A stretch of 64,000 bases of DNA from NCBI GenBank assembly GCA_038153405.1, contig JAYOYH010000001.1, positions 64,156 to 128,155 of the forward strand. Direction: 5' to 3'. Made by a program: the position numbers and the translations under genes. This document shows positions 1 through 9,157 of the stretch, in pieces (within the stretch, counting starts at the first letter, position 1; each line of letters begins with the position of its first letter). The notes beneath the pieces are model-generated. The model made no database searches, was not told the origin of the DNA, and saw only the letters and a list, made by a program, of their open reading frames with translations. The DNA is from Gemmatimonadota bacterium (GTDB lineage Bacteria > Latescibacterota > UBA2968 > UBA8231).

Positions 1-143
1 CGCTGTTTTTGAATTTCTCCCTTTCGTACTGTAACTTTCATGTTTTCTCGCAGGTTAGGGCGGAAAGTATAGATGGGCTCTCATCTGCTGTCAAGCTGCT
101 TTCCTCTGTTCATGGGCCCACTGTTGCATATATTCTTTGGCAT

Positions 144-1520
144 ATGAATGATCCAATTATAGACCAGCTCCGTTCGTTTCTAAAGGCCGACCAACTCCTG
201 ACCTCGGAGGAAGATCTAGATGTGTACTCCTTCGACGGCACGGCGCTCCTGCACCAGAAGCCGCGGTGCATTGCCCTGCCGGAAAGCAGCGCGGAGATAG
301 GGCGCATTCTGCAGGTGGCCAACGGCGCCAAGGTGCCGGTAGTCACGCGCGGATCGGGGACGGGGCTGGCTGGCGGTTCGGTGCCTGTAGAGGGGTGCAT
401 CGTACTCTGTCTGGTGCGCCTGAACCGCATTTTGGCGCTCGATGTAAAAAATCTCGTTATGGTAGTTGAACCCGGTGTGCTAACGCAGAAAATTGCCGAC
501 GAGGCCAGTGCGGCAGGGCTCTTTTATCCGCCCGATCCGGGGTCGATCAAGATTTCCACAATCGGCGGCAACGTAGCCAACAACTCCGGCGGTCTGCGCG
601 GTCTCAAATACGGCGTTACGCGCGACTACGTTATGGCGCTCGAAGTCGTCCTGGCCGACGGGCAGGTGCTGCAGACGGGCAGCAAATGCGTCAAGGACGT
701 GGCTGGTTTTTCGCTGCGCGACTTGTTTATCGGCTCGGAGGGCTGCCTCGGCGTGATTACCAAAATCACGCTCAAACTCATACCGCAGCCCGCTGCAAAA
801 AAGACCATGTTGGCGCTCTTTGACAGCATGACGGCTGCCGCCGATACCGTCTCGTCGATCATCGAAAATAAGATCATTCCCTGCACGCTGGAATTTCTCG
901 ATCGGGTGACGGTCGAGTGCGTCGAAAGCCATGCTCAGATCGGCTTGCCCACCGACTGCGAGGCGCTGCTGCTAATGGAGGTCGATGGGCATCCAGCACA
1001 GGTCGCCGAGCAGGCCGAACAGGTCGTGCAACTTGCCCGCGCCGGCGGCGCGCGCGAAGTGCGCCTGGCCGAATCGGCCGAGGAGGCGCTCCGATTGGCC
1101 TCGGCGCGGCGCACGGCATTTTCAGCGCTGGCGCGCCTGGCGCCAACGGTCGTTCTCGAAGACGTGACCGTGCCGCGCAGCGAACTGGCGCGCATGGTTG
1201 CGCGGATCGACGAAGTAGGGCGGCGACACGGCGTGAAGGTGGGTACGTTCGGCCATATGGGAGACGGCAATTTGCATCCGACCTTCCTGTGCGACGAGCG
1301 CGACCAGGAGGAGATGCAGCGCGTTGAACAGGCCATGCAAGAGGTCTTTGACTTCGCCATTGAGCTCGGTGGCACCATCACCGGCGAACACGGAGTGGGC
1401 CTGGCCAAAAAGCCTTTTTTGCCGGCTCAGTTAGGCGACGTTGGCATGGCGATGCTGCGCCGCCTCAAAGACAGCTTTGACCCCAACGGCATCCTTAATC
1501 CGGGTAAGGTATTCGATTGA
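144..1520 (+). CDS. glcD: FAD-linked oxidase, glycolate oxidase subunit GlcD / D-2-hydroxyacid dehydrogenase family
   Basis: RGSGTGLAGG, YPPDPGS, GGNVANNSGG, FGHMGDGNLHP, GEHGVG and LNPGK motifs; start moved to ATG 144; overlaps the next gene (TTGA). Confidence 0.88.
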   Translation: MNDPIIDQLRSFLKADQLLTSEEDLDVYSFDGTALLHQKPRCIALPESSAEIGRILQVANGAKVPVVTRGSGTGLAGGSVPVEGCIVLCLVRLNRILALDVKNLVMVVEPGVLTQKIADEASAAGLFYPPDPGSIKISTIGGNVANNSGGLRGLKYGVTRDYVMALEVVLADGQVLQTGSKCVKDVAGFSLRDLFIGSEGCLGVITKITLKLIPQPAAKKTMLALFDSMTAAADTVSSIIENKIIPCTLEFLDRVTVECVESHAQIGLPTDCEALLLMEVDGHPAQVAEQAEQVVQLARAGGAREVRLAESAEEALRLASARRTAFSALARLAPTVVLEDVTVPRSELARMVARIDEVGRRHGVKVGTFGHMGDGNLHPTFLCDERDQEEMQRVEQAMQEVFDFAIELGGTITGEHGVGLAKKPFLPAQLGDVGMAMLRRLKDSFDPNGILNPGKVFD

Positions 1521-2827
1521 GCGACAGCGAGCTAAACCTGCTGCGCGATCTGGACTATTCCGTCGTGCAACAATGCATGCACTGCGGCATGTGTCTGCCA
1601 ACCTGTCCCACGTATGTCGAGACGCTGAACGAGCGCTCGTCGCCGCGCGGTCGCATCGCCATGATGCGGGCCGTTGCCGACGGTCGCCGCGAACTGAGCG
1701 AATCCTTTGCGGAGGAAATGTACTTTTGTCTGGGCTGTCTGGCCTGTCAGACGGCCTGCCCGGCCGGTGTTAACTACGGCCAGCTCTTTGAAAGCGCAAG
1801 GGCCGAGATCGAGCGCCAGCAGCTATTGGATTCGCCCAAGCGTCGGCGCATTCGCCGCTGGACGCTGGGCTGGCTCTTTGCCGAACAGCGCCGCCTGCAG
1901 CGCGTTGCGCGATTGCTGCGCCTATATCAGCGCAGCGGTTTGGAGCGCTTCGTTCGATCCATCGGCCTGCTGCGGCTCCTGCCCCAGTCGCTGCGCGAGT
2001 TGGAGCAGTTGACGCCGCGCATTAGCAGCGCATTTACTGCCGAACACCACGCCCGCACGGCCGATCCGCCGGATGCTCGGTATGGGGTCGCGCTGGTCGG
2101 CGGCTGCGTGCAGGACGTCGCCTTTGCCGATACCAATGCCGATACCATATACGCCCTGCGGCAAAACGGCTGTCGGGTTCTGCTGCCCTCCGACCAGGTT
2201 TGCTGCGGCTCGCTGCACGCGCACAACGGCGATCTCGAATCGGCCCGCGCGCTGGCGCGCCGCAATATCGATGCCTTTGCCCCAGAAAACGTCGACGCCA
2301 TTATCGTCAATGCCGGCGGTTGCGGTTCGCACGTCAAGCACTACGATCACCTGTTGCGCGACGATCCCACCTACGCATCGCGCGCAAAGAGTTGGAGCGA
2401 AAAGGTTAGGGATATACACGAGTTTCTCGTCGAAATTGACTTTCGCGCACCTGCTGTAGGATGCGGTGTCGGCGCGGTGACCTACCACGAGTCGTGCCAT
2501 CTCAAACACGGCCAGGGCGTATCGGATGCGCCACGGCAGATTTTGCGGGCCATTCCCGACGTAGAGTTGGTCGAATTGGCCGAAGCCGATTGGTGCTGTG
2601 GCAGCGCCGGAATCTACAATATTACGCAGCCGGAGATGTCGATGCGCCTGCTCGATCGCAAGATGGGCAATGTGCGCAACACGGGAGCGCCGGTCGTGGC
2701 AACGGGAAACCCCGGCTGTGTCATCCAACTGCAGCACGGCGGGCACCGCGAGGGGATAGATCTTCAGGTAGTGCACCCCATTTCGCTGCTGGCTGACGCC
2801 TATCGCGCCGAGGAGAAGGTATCGTGA
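1517..2827 (+). CDS. glcF: Glycolate oxidase iron-sulfur subunit GlcF (2x4Fe-4S plus two CCG domains)
   Basis: CMHCGMCLPTCP, CLGCLACQTACP, VCCGS and WCCGSAG motifs; coupled to glcD. Confidence 0.88.
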   Translation: MSDSELNLLRDLDYSVVQQCMHCGMCLPTCPTYVETLNERSSPRGRIAMMRAVADGRRELSESFAEEMYFCLGCLACQTACPAGVNYGQLFESARAEIERQQLLDSPKRRRIRRWTLGWLFAEQRRLQRVARLLRLYQRSGLERFVRSIGLLRLLPQSLRELEQLTPRISSAFTAEHHARTADPPDARYGVALVGGCVQDVAFADTNADTIYALRQNGCRVLLPSDQVCCGSLHAHNGDLESARALARRNIDAFAPENVDAIIVNAGGCGSHVKHYDHLLRDDPTYASRAKSWSEKVRDIHEFLVEIDFRAPAVGCGVGAVTYHESCHLKHGQGVSDAPRQILRAIPDVELVELAEADWCCGSAGIYNITQPEMSMRLLDRKMGNVRNTGAPVVATGNPGCVIQLQHGGHREGIDLQVVHPISLLADAYRAEEKVS

Positions 2828-3168
2828 AACACTACGGATTGACGATCGAACTAAAGAATGATCCGGCGCTTATCGCCCAGTACAGAGAATTTCATGCCAA
2901 CCCATGGCCCGAGCCGCTGCGCGGGTTGCGCGAAATCGGCATTCTCGATATGAAGATCTTCCTGCTCGGAACGCGCATGTTTATGTACATGACGACGACG
3001 GATGAATTTGAGGCCGAGCGCGACTTTCCGACCTACGTCGAGCGCAACCCCAAAGCGGCCGAGTGGGATGCGCTGATGCGCACCTTTCAGCAGCAGGTTG
3101 CCGAGGCGCGCGAAGGCGAGTGGTGGGCGGAGATGGATATGGTCTTCGATTTGCAGCTACACGTTTAA
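2824..3168 (+). CDS. L-rhamnose mutarotase family protein
   Basis: 114 aa; YREFHANPWPE, GILDMKIF, EWDALM and WAEMDMVFDL pattern; GTGA overlap with glcF. Confidence 0.75.
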   Translation: MKHYGLTIELKNDPALIAQYREFHANPWPEPLRGLREIGILDMKIFLLGTRMFMYMTTTDEFEAERDFPTYVERNPKAAEWDALMRTFQQQVAEAREGEWWAEMDMVFDLQLHV

Positions 3169-3290
3169 TGGGATGAGATACAATTGCACGGGGAAAGGCG
3201 TCCGCTGCTGCCGGCGCGTCGCCTGCAAAGTGCGTCAGCATACCGATACCATTACTAGGGCAGGTAGAGACCGATAGGCGAAAGGAGACC

Positions 3291-4469
3291 ATGCTCGCCG
3301 GAGACGATGTGCAGTTTAGCAAGCCGACTCGCAAGCCGCAGAACCCCTGTTTTTCCTCTGGGCCGTGTGCCAAGCGGCCGGGCTGGAGTTTAGCGGCGCT
3401 TGCCGCCGCACCGCTGGGCCGATCGCACCGGGGCGTGCTCGGCAAGGCGCGCCTGGCCGAAGTCATTGAGCGCACGCGCGCTGTGTTGGAGATTCCCGAC
3501 GATTACCGCATCGCCGTCGTGCCCGCCTCCGATACGGGTGCCGTGGAGATGTGTTTGTGGTCGTTACTAGGGGAGCGCGGCGTCGATATAGCCGGCTGGG
3601 AGAGCTTTGGCAAGGGCTGGGTGACCGATGTCGTCAAACAGCTCAAGCTGGAAGATGTGCGCGTCTTTACCGCCGACTACGGCCAGCTACCCGACCTAAC
3701 GGAGTGGGATAGCCAGCGCGATATCGTCTTTACCTGGAACGGCACGACCTCGGGCGTATGCGTGCCGAATGGAGATTGGATTGCCGACGACAGGGAAGGT
3801 CTGACGATCTGCGATGCGACATCCGGCGTATTTGCCATGGCACTGCCGTGGGACAAGCTGGACGTGGTGACCTATTCGTGGCAAAAGGCGATGGGGGGCG
3901 AGGCGGCGCACGGCATGCTCGTGCTCAGTCCGCGCGCCGTGCATCGCTTGGAGTCCTACGAACCGCCCTGGCCCATGCCCAAGCTCTTTCGCATGAGCAA
4001 AGGAGGCCGGTTAGACGAAGCCCTCTTTAAAGGCAGTACGATCAACACGCCCTCCATGCTCTGCGTAGAAGACGCAATCGACGGGCTAAAATGGGCCGAA
4101 TCCATTGGCGGCCTGCCCGAGCTCATACGGCGTTCGCAAATCAATTTGGCCTGTTTGAGCGACTGGGTTGCGTCCAGCGATTGGGCGGCTTTTCTCGCCA
4201 GGGACAGCGCGTGCCGATCGAGCACGTCGATCTGTTTTACGATTGTCGACTCGTGGTATAGTCAACTCGCTGAACAAGAACGGAGAGCGCGGGCCGGAGT
4301 ACTGGTCGACCTGCTGGAAGAAGAGGGCGTCGCCTACGATATCGGTGCCTATCGCGATGCGCCACCGGGATTGCGGATATGGGGTGGATCAACCGTGGAG
4401 CGCAGCGACGTTGAGGCGCTCTTGCCCTGGTTAGACTGGGCTTGGAGCCGGGTAAAAGCTGCTGGGTAG
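3291..4469 (+). CDS. serC: Phosphoserine aminotransferase (Methanosarcina/alphaproteobacterial type)
   Basis: [36 protein letters not shown] (PLP Lys), INTPSM and [22 protein letters not shown]. Confidence 0.9.
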   Translation: MLAGDDVQFSKPTRKPQNPCFSSGPCAKRPGWSLAALAAAPLGRSHRGVLGKARLAEVIERTRAVLEIPDDYRIAVVPASDTGAVEMCLWSLLGERGVDIAGWESFGKGWVTDVVKQLKLEDVRVFTADYGQLPDLTEWDSQRDIVFTWNGTTSGVCVPNGDWIADDREGLTICDATSGVFAMALPWDKLDVVTYSWQKAMGGEAAHGMLVLSPRAVHRLESYEPPWPMPKLFRMSKGGRLDEALFKGSTINTPSMLCVEDAIDGLKWAESIGGLPELIRRSQINLACLSDWVASSDWAAFLARDSACRSSTSICFTIVDSWYSQLAEQERRARAGVLVDLLEEEGVAYDIGAYRDAPPGLRIWGGSTVERSDVEALLPWLDWAWSRVKAAG

Positions 4470-4532
4470 CTTTTGCGCGATTGCATCAGGCCGGGGTGCG
4501 CCCCTGTCTGCATACGGAGTTGGCCTCTTGCG

Positions 4533-5525
4533 CTAGGGGGCCGGTTCGTAGGCGGCCAGCATGACGATGCCGATTTGATCGAGGGCCTGTTCCCAGGCTT
4601 CCTGCACGTCTGCGGTCCAGGCTTCGCCGGCGAATTCTTCCATGACGCACAGCAGCGTGCCGCCGACCATCAGATAATGGCTCGACTCGACGCCGTAGCG
4701 CTGGTGGCGCTTGCCGAGGGCGGTTAGCGCGGCTTTGAGTTTTTGGGGCGAGCGCAGGTTATTGACCGTCAGGACGAGCGCGTTGATGAGGTGCTTTTTT
4801 TGCGCTTCCATATCGACGTCGGCAAAGAGCGGATCCACTTCCGGATAGTCTGCCAAAAGCTTCTCGTAGAAGCGCTCGACCAGCTGCTCTGCGCTGGGTG
4901 CTAATAGGGCAAAGCTCGATTCGAGTAACTCTACGCGTAGGCCGCTTTCTTCCCCTTGTGGCTGCACCTTCTCTTCCTTCTCTTCCTCATCGTCTTCTCC
5001 CGTTCCCCACAGCGTTTCTACCTCTTCTTCAAGGCCGGATTCGCCCTCTAACATGGGCGTAACATCGTCCAGATCGCCGACTTCTCTAGGGACATCCTCG
5101 GCCGATTCCACCTCGGCCGATAGCGCCTCTTCTGTGGGGGCTGGACCGTCGCCCTCCGCTCTGGGCTGTGCGCTCTGGGCTTCCTTCTCTTCCCATGCGG
5201 GCGCGGGCTGATTTTGTTTGGCGATATGGGCCACGTCAAAGGGGGAACTGGCCTGTGCATCGCACAAAAAGAGGATGCGATCGCTGCCGCGCGGTCCACC
5301 GTCTTCGATTTGCCAGCCGCTGCGCGCATATTCGCTGACGGCGCGGCGGAAGAAGGCCTCGTTGACAAAGGCCCTGCGCTGGTCGTCGTGCTCGAGTACG
5401 ATTTCCAAGGGATTGGTTCCATCGTAGCGGATATATACGTCTTGGTCAATCGCCTGCAGCTGCGTTTTCATCCACTGCAGTTCTTCTTCTGTCAGCGTTT
5501 TGACTTGGCGTGGCGTAACGGCCAT
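4533..5525 (-). CDS. Globin-domain protein: about 90-aa unrecognised N-terminal domain, acidic linker, C-terminal 3/3 globin
   Basis: C-terminal FYEKL..YPEV.PLF....AQKKHL...LGKRHQRYGV...HY..VG...W...AW (B10 Tyr, CD1 Phe, E7 Gln, F8 His); E/D-rich linker; AAGGAG RBS. Confidence 0.85.
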   Translation of the reverse strand: MAVTPRQVKTLTEEELQWMKTQLQAIDQDVYIRYDGTNPLEIVLEHDDQRRAFVNEAFFRRAVSEYARSGWQIEDGGPRGSDRILFLCDAQASSPFDVAHIAKQNQPAPAWEEKEAQSAQPRAEGDGPAPTEEALSAEVESAEDVPREVGDLDDVTPMLEGESGLEEEVETLWGTGEDDEEEKEEKVQPQGEESGLRVELLESSFALLAPSAEQLVERFYEKLLADYPEVDPLFADVDMEAQKKHLINALVLTVNNLRSPQKLKAALTALGKRHQRYGVESSHYLMVGGTLLCVMEEFAGEAWTADVQEAWEQALDQIGIVMLAAYEPAP

Positions 5526-5566
5526 AGGGTAAATGGCTCCTTTGTAAGTACTAAGTGATACTAAGT

Positions 5567-5593
5567 ATATCGGCGAGAGGGGAAAAAAGTTTA
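5567..5593 (-). promoter_or_regulatory. Sigma28 (FliA)-type promoter for the globin gene
   Basis: Minus strand reads TAAACTTT-N11-GCCGATAT, against consensus TAAAGTTT-N11-GCCGATAA; about 40 nt upstream of the ATG. Confidence 0.75.
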
Positions 5594-5630
5594 GGCGCGT
5601 GTATTAGGAGCGTGTATAAGGAAGGGCATG

Positions 5631-5668
5631 AAAAAAGGCCCTGTTCCACGCAGCGGAGGAACAGGGCC
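5631..5668 (-). terminator. Intrinsic terminator after the sulfatase-like gene
   Basis: 11-bp stem GGCCCTGTTCC/GGAACAGGGCC followed by T6 on the minus strand. Confidence 0.8.
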
Positions 5669-5694
5669 CGAATGGGGTTGGCGCACGGGCGTTA

Positions 5695-7110
5695 TTAGCG
5701 CTTCTTGGCCGCCGCTTTCTTCTTGTTACCAGCCTGCAGGCGGTTGGCTGCGCCGACGGAGCCGATGTGCAGCGTATCGTAGGCCTGCTGCGATGATTCA
5801 AAAGGCCCATCGTGCGTTTTGGCGCCGTGCCAGTTGGGGTTGGTGTACATGGGATTGGGCGCGCCCGTTGCCTTTTCGCGCTCGGCGATATGGGCTAGCA
5901 TGCGCTCCTCGAGCATGGCGACGACGGCTTTTTCCCTGTTGGCGAGGTTCTTTAGCTCGAGCGGGTCTTCGGATAGGTTATAAAGCTCGACGCGCGGCTT
6001 GAAGTGGAAGTCGGGTTCGAGGGCGATCATCAGCTTCCACTGTGGCGTGCGCCAGCCGTGCTTGCGCATCCAGGTGCACTCGGTGATGTAAAACTCCGAG
6101 TAGTTGGATGCGCGCTGACCGGCGATGAGCGGCAGCAGTGACTGACCGTCGAACTGGATATCCGCCTTCACGTTGAGCAATTGCAGGATCGTCGGCACGA
6201 GATCTTGGTGCAGCGTCGTGCCTTTGACGCGCTGGCCGGCGGGCACTTTGCCGGGCAGGCGAATGATCAACGGCACGTAGAGCGTATTGTCATACATGCC
6301 GTGGTGGTCGTACCAGCACTCGTGTTCGTAGAGCGTTTCGCCGTGGTCGCCGTTGATGACGATCAGCGTGTCATCCTCCAAGCCAAGTTCGGAAACGCGG
6401 GTGATAATGCGCTGAATGCAGGCGTCCATATAGGCGATGGCGCCGTCGTACTGCGCGTCGACGTAGTGGCGGTCGGTTACGCCCGGCGGCATCCAGTCGG
6501 CGAAGAAGTCGCAAAACGGTTTAAAATTAAAAACCGGCTGCATCGATTTGTTCTTGGGATCGAATTCATTGCCGCTGTAAAACATGCGTTCAAAGGGAGC
6601 CGGGGGCAGGTAGGGGGCGTGTGGGTCCATATGGCGGAGAAAGAGGAAGAACGGCTTTTTCGACTTAGACAGGCGTTCGAGCTCGGGTATGGCGACTTTG
6701 TTGAGCTCTTCGGCTTTTGGGCTGCGACCGGTTTCCCAGGAACCCCAGCCCGGGTAGTCGAAGTAACGGTCAAAACCGCGCGAGCTGGGATTGCCGGTGA
6801 AGCCGACGCAGGACGTATTGTAGCCGTTCTTTTTTAAAATTTCCGGCAGCGTGCGCACCTTTTTGGGTAGTCCACCGCGGTGGCGCAGGGCCACGACCGA
6901 AGTGGAAAAGCAGTCGAGGCCGGTGAGCATCGAGGCATAGGCCGAAGTGGTGGGAATATGCGGAGAATAGTTGCGCTCGAAGAGCGTGCCGCCCTCGGCG
7001 AAGCGGTCGATGTGTGGAGTCGTCTGGCGGTGATAGCCATAACAACTCATATGATCGGCGCGCAAACTATCGATGCCGAGGAGAATGAGGTTGGTCTTTT
7101 TTGTGGGCAT
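5695..7110 (-). CDS. Sulfatase-like hydrolase (alkaline phosphatase superfamily) with a non-canonical nucleophile motif
   Basis: NLILLGIDSLRADH, DPHAPY, YDGAI, GDHGE, HHGMY and VPLII; start moved to MPTKKTN (7110); PTTSAYASMLTG sits where CxPxR is expected. Confidence 0.85.
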   Translation of the reverse strand: MPTKKTNLILLGIDSLRADHMSCYGYHRQTTPHIDRFAEGGTLFERNYSPHIPTTSAYASMLTGLDCFSTSVVALRHRGGLPKKVRTLPEILKKNGYNTSCVGFTGNPSSRGFDRYFDYPGWGSWETGRSPKAEELNKVAIPELERLSKSKKPFFLFLRHMDPHAPYLPPAPFERMFYSGNEFDPKNKSMQPVFNFKPFCDFFADWMPPGVTDRHYVDAQYDGAIAYMDACIQRIITRVSELGLEDDTLIVINGDHGETLYEHECWYDHHGMYDNTLYVPLIIRLPGKVPAGQRVKGTTLHQDLVPTILQLLNVKADIQFDGQSLLPLIAGQRASNYSEFYITECTWMRKHGWRTPQWKLMIALEPDFHFKPRVELYNLSEDPLELKNLANREKAVVAMLEERMLAHIAEREKATGAPNPMYTNPNWHGAKTHDGPFESSQQAYDTLHIGSVGAANRLQAGNKKKAAAKKR

Positions 7111-7312
7111 AGGTGTCCCCTTTGCGTTGTAAAGTGTACGAGCAGGGGCAATGCTAAAGCGAGAAGGAGGTATCGTCAAGGGAGGGGATAGAGCGGATTG
7201 AAAGAGGGCGCGCCATTGCTTAGATTTCGCCGGCGCAGGGTCGATGGCTGCGCGCGGTGCGCGGTTGGATAGACCTGTGTGAGCATGTGTCATTAGAAGG
7301 GAGAATGGGCAA

Positions 7313-8365
7313 ATGGGTAAGAAGTTAAAGGTGGCCGTAGTTGGTGTCGGGGGCATCGCCGGTGCGCATATGCCCGGCTGGAAAGCATCTGAAGATGTCG
7401 AGTTGGCCGCCGGTTGCGACGTCAACGCCGAAGTGTTGGGCAAGTGGGGTGCCGAGCACGGAGTCGATCGACTCTACAGCGATGTTGAAGCGCTGTGGGC
7501 CGATGACGATATCGATATCGTCGATATATGTACCCCCAATATGTATCATGCGCCGCTGAGTATAGCGGCATTGGAATCCGGCAAGCACGTGATCTGCGAA
7601 AAGCCGCTGGCGCCAACGCCAGACGAGGTGCGGCAGATGATCGCAGCACGCGACCGCTCGGGTAAGTTGCTGATGACGGCGCAGAGCGTGCGCTTCTCTG
7701 GCAATGCGCGCGCCTTTAAAGAGGAGGTAGATGCCGGTGCGCTGGGCGAGGTCTATCACGCGCGCTGCTGGGCGCTGCGCCGCGCGGGCGTGCCGGTGGG
7801 GCCCGGCTTTATTCAAAAAAAGAACAGCGGCGGGGGACCGTGCATTGATATCGGCGTGCACATGCTCGATTTGGCCCTGTGGTTGATGGGCAATCCGCAG
7901 CCGGTATCGGTCAACGGCGTATCCATCGCGCCGCTGGCGCACAGAGAGGGCGCCTTTTCCGAATGGGGGCGCGCGCCCATTCCGCCTGAATACGACGTCG
8001 AGGATTTTGCCGCCGGCTTCGTGCGCTTTGCCAACGGGGCGACGATGGTGTTGGAAATGAGCTGGATGCTGCACCACGGCGGTTCGGAAAGCGGCGTCTG
8101 GCTCTATGGAAAAGACGGCGGCGGACACTGGCCTGCGTGCGAGTTTTTTCAGACGAACTACCAGACGCGCCAGCACTATAATCGCACGCTCAAACTGCAC
8201 AGCGATGGGCTGGGATCGCACGCCGAAGAGTGCATTGCCTTTGCGCGGGCCATCGCACAGGGCGAGCCCTCACCGGTGCCAGCTGAGCAGTCTTTACAGG
8301 TGATACAAATCCTCGATGGAATTTATCGCAGCCAGGAGACGGGGGCCGAAGTGCGCCTCGACTGA
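7313..8365 (+). CDS. Gfo/Idh/MocA family oxidoreductase
   Basis: GVGGIA, ICEKP, GGGPCIDIGVHMLD and DVEDFA. Confidence 0.9.
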   Translation: MGKKLKVAVVGVGGIAGAHMPGWKASEDVELAAGCDVNAEVLGKWGAEHGVDRLYSDVEALWADDDIDIVDICTPNMYHAPLSIAALESGKHVICEKPLAPTPDEVRQMIAARDRSGKLLMTAQSVRFSGNARAFKEEVDAGALGEVYHARCWALRRAGVPVGPGFIQKKNSGGGPCIDIGVHMLDLALWLMGNPQPVSVNGVSIAPLAHREGAFSEWGRAPIPPEYDVEDFAAGFVRFANGATMVLEMSWMLHHGGSESGVWLYGKDGGGHWPACEFFQTNYQTRQHYNRTLKLHSDGLGSHAEECIAFARAIAQGEPSPVPAEQSLQVIQILDGIYRSQETGAEVRLD

Positions 8366-8387
8366 GATGGATGAGTTCGAGCAGATC

Positions 8388-8422
8388 GAGGGCCGGCACG
8401 CGCGCGTGAAGGCCCTCTTTTT
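8388..8422 (+). terminator. Intrinsic terminator
   Basis: GAGGGCC-gg-CACG-cgcg-CGTG-aa-GGCCCTC followed by TTTTT. Confidence 0.7.
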
Positions 8423-8623
8423 GTGCCTGCGATGAGCGCTGTATGCAGCGGCCCTGAACAAGTGGATAAGAGCGCATATCGAGTCGTGTCGGTTCGCTTG
8501 TATAGGGGATAAGTGGATCCAGTTTAATGAAATTATATTAAGCTGTAAATTTTTTTCCCCGAAGTAAGTTATTTAAAAATAAAATGTTGCAAAAAGTACA
8601 AAAGTGGCCAGGTTACAATGTGC

Positions 8624-8652
8624 TTGACTTATATACAAATGAACAGTATTAT
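8624..8652 (+). promoter_or_regulatory. Sigma70-type promoter for the small-ORF/ssb cluster
   Basis: TTGACT-N17-TATTAT, with an AT-rich upstream region. Confidence 0.7.
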
Positions 8653-8743
8653 TTTGTGCAGGTATTGGCCATTGCCTGTTCGTTGAGAATCCGGGAGTAA
8701 CTGATCGGCAGTTCGCTTCCCTTATTTAAAGAGAGAAAAAGCC

Positions 8744-8881
8744 ATGCAGCGATTTACCCTATTGAGTGGCCGGACCGCATATCAGGCCAAAGGCTTGCCA
8801 ACATCGGACTGGTTGAATGCGCTAACGGGAGCGCTAATCATCCTCGTAATGACGTATCCCACCATTCGCCATTTGGCTTAG
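8744..8881 (+). CDS. Putative 45-aa small membrane protein (not in the ORF track)
   Basis: MQRFTLLSGRTAYQAKGLPTSDWLNALTGALIILVMTYPTIRHLA; purine-rich AAAGAGAG upstream; one hydrophobic stretch. Confidence 0.45.
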   Translation: MQRFTLLSGRTAYQAKGLPTSDWLNALTGALIILVMTYPTIRHLA

Positions 8882-8900
8882 CCAAGCGGGGACGAGCGAT

Positions 8901-9080
8901 ATGTCTTCTATAGATAAGGAGCGCATTGAGCGGGCAGCCCGCATCTACGCCACCAATTTCGACGCGGGTATTGCGCTGGGTATCGCCCCGGGCAGTTTTG
9001 GGCGCCTGTGTAGGCGCTACGGCATAGAGACGCCGCAGGCGCGCCGCCGTCGCCGCCGTGTCCAATGGCAAGCGCGATAG
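8901..9080 (+). CDS. 59-aa Fis-like helix-turn-helix microprotein with an Arg-rich tail (not in the ORF track)
   Basis: MSSIDKERIERAARIYATNFDAGIALGIAPGSFGRLCRRYGIETPQARRRRRRVQWQAR; N..A..ALGI.....RL.RRYGI matches the Fis-type HTH pattern; GGGGA upstream. Confidence 0.7.
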   Translation: MSSIDKERIERAARIYATNFDAGIALGIAPGSFGRLCRRYGIETPQARRRRRRVQWQAR

Positions 9081-9157
9081 TTGCAAATGGGCCGCTATAA
9101 TTAGGTTGGACTGAGTGATATAGGTTGGATACAATACGCCAGGAAAAGGAGAAGGAT

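Noticed and set aside
3169..3290. Possible serC leader RNA or sigma28 site (two ACCGATA copies)
   Set aside because: No correctly spaced -35 element and no stable structure I could support.
7111..7443. Long N-terminal extension of the sulfatase-like ORF (similar extensions on Prx, metH, the EEP-like ORF, M50, glcB and DUF3604)
   Set aside because: They overlap neighbouring genes or promoters; homology and RBS begin at the downstream starts used.
8453..8469. Resemblance of TTATCCACTTGTTCAGG (minus strand) to the Myxococcus-type LexA box
   Set aside because: That consensus is highly degenerate and recalled from memory, and the site is about 155 nt from the promoter.
8515..8552. Possible dif (XerCD) site in the AT-rich tract
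   Set aside because: No convincing TTATGTTAAAT arm with a 6-bp spacer.
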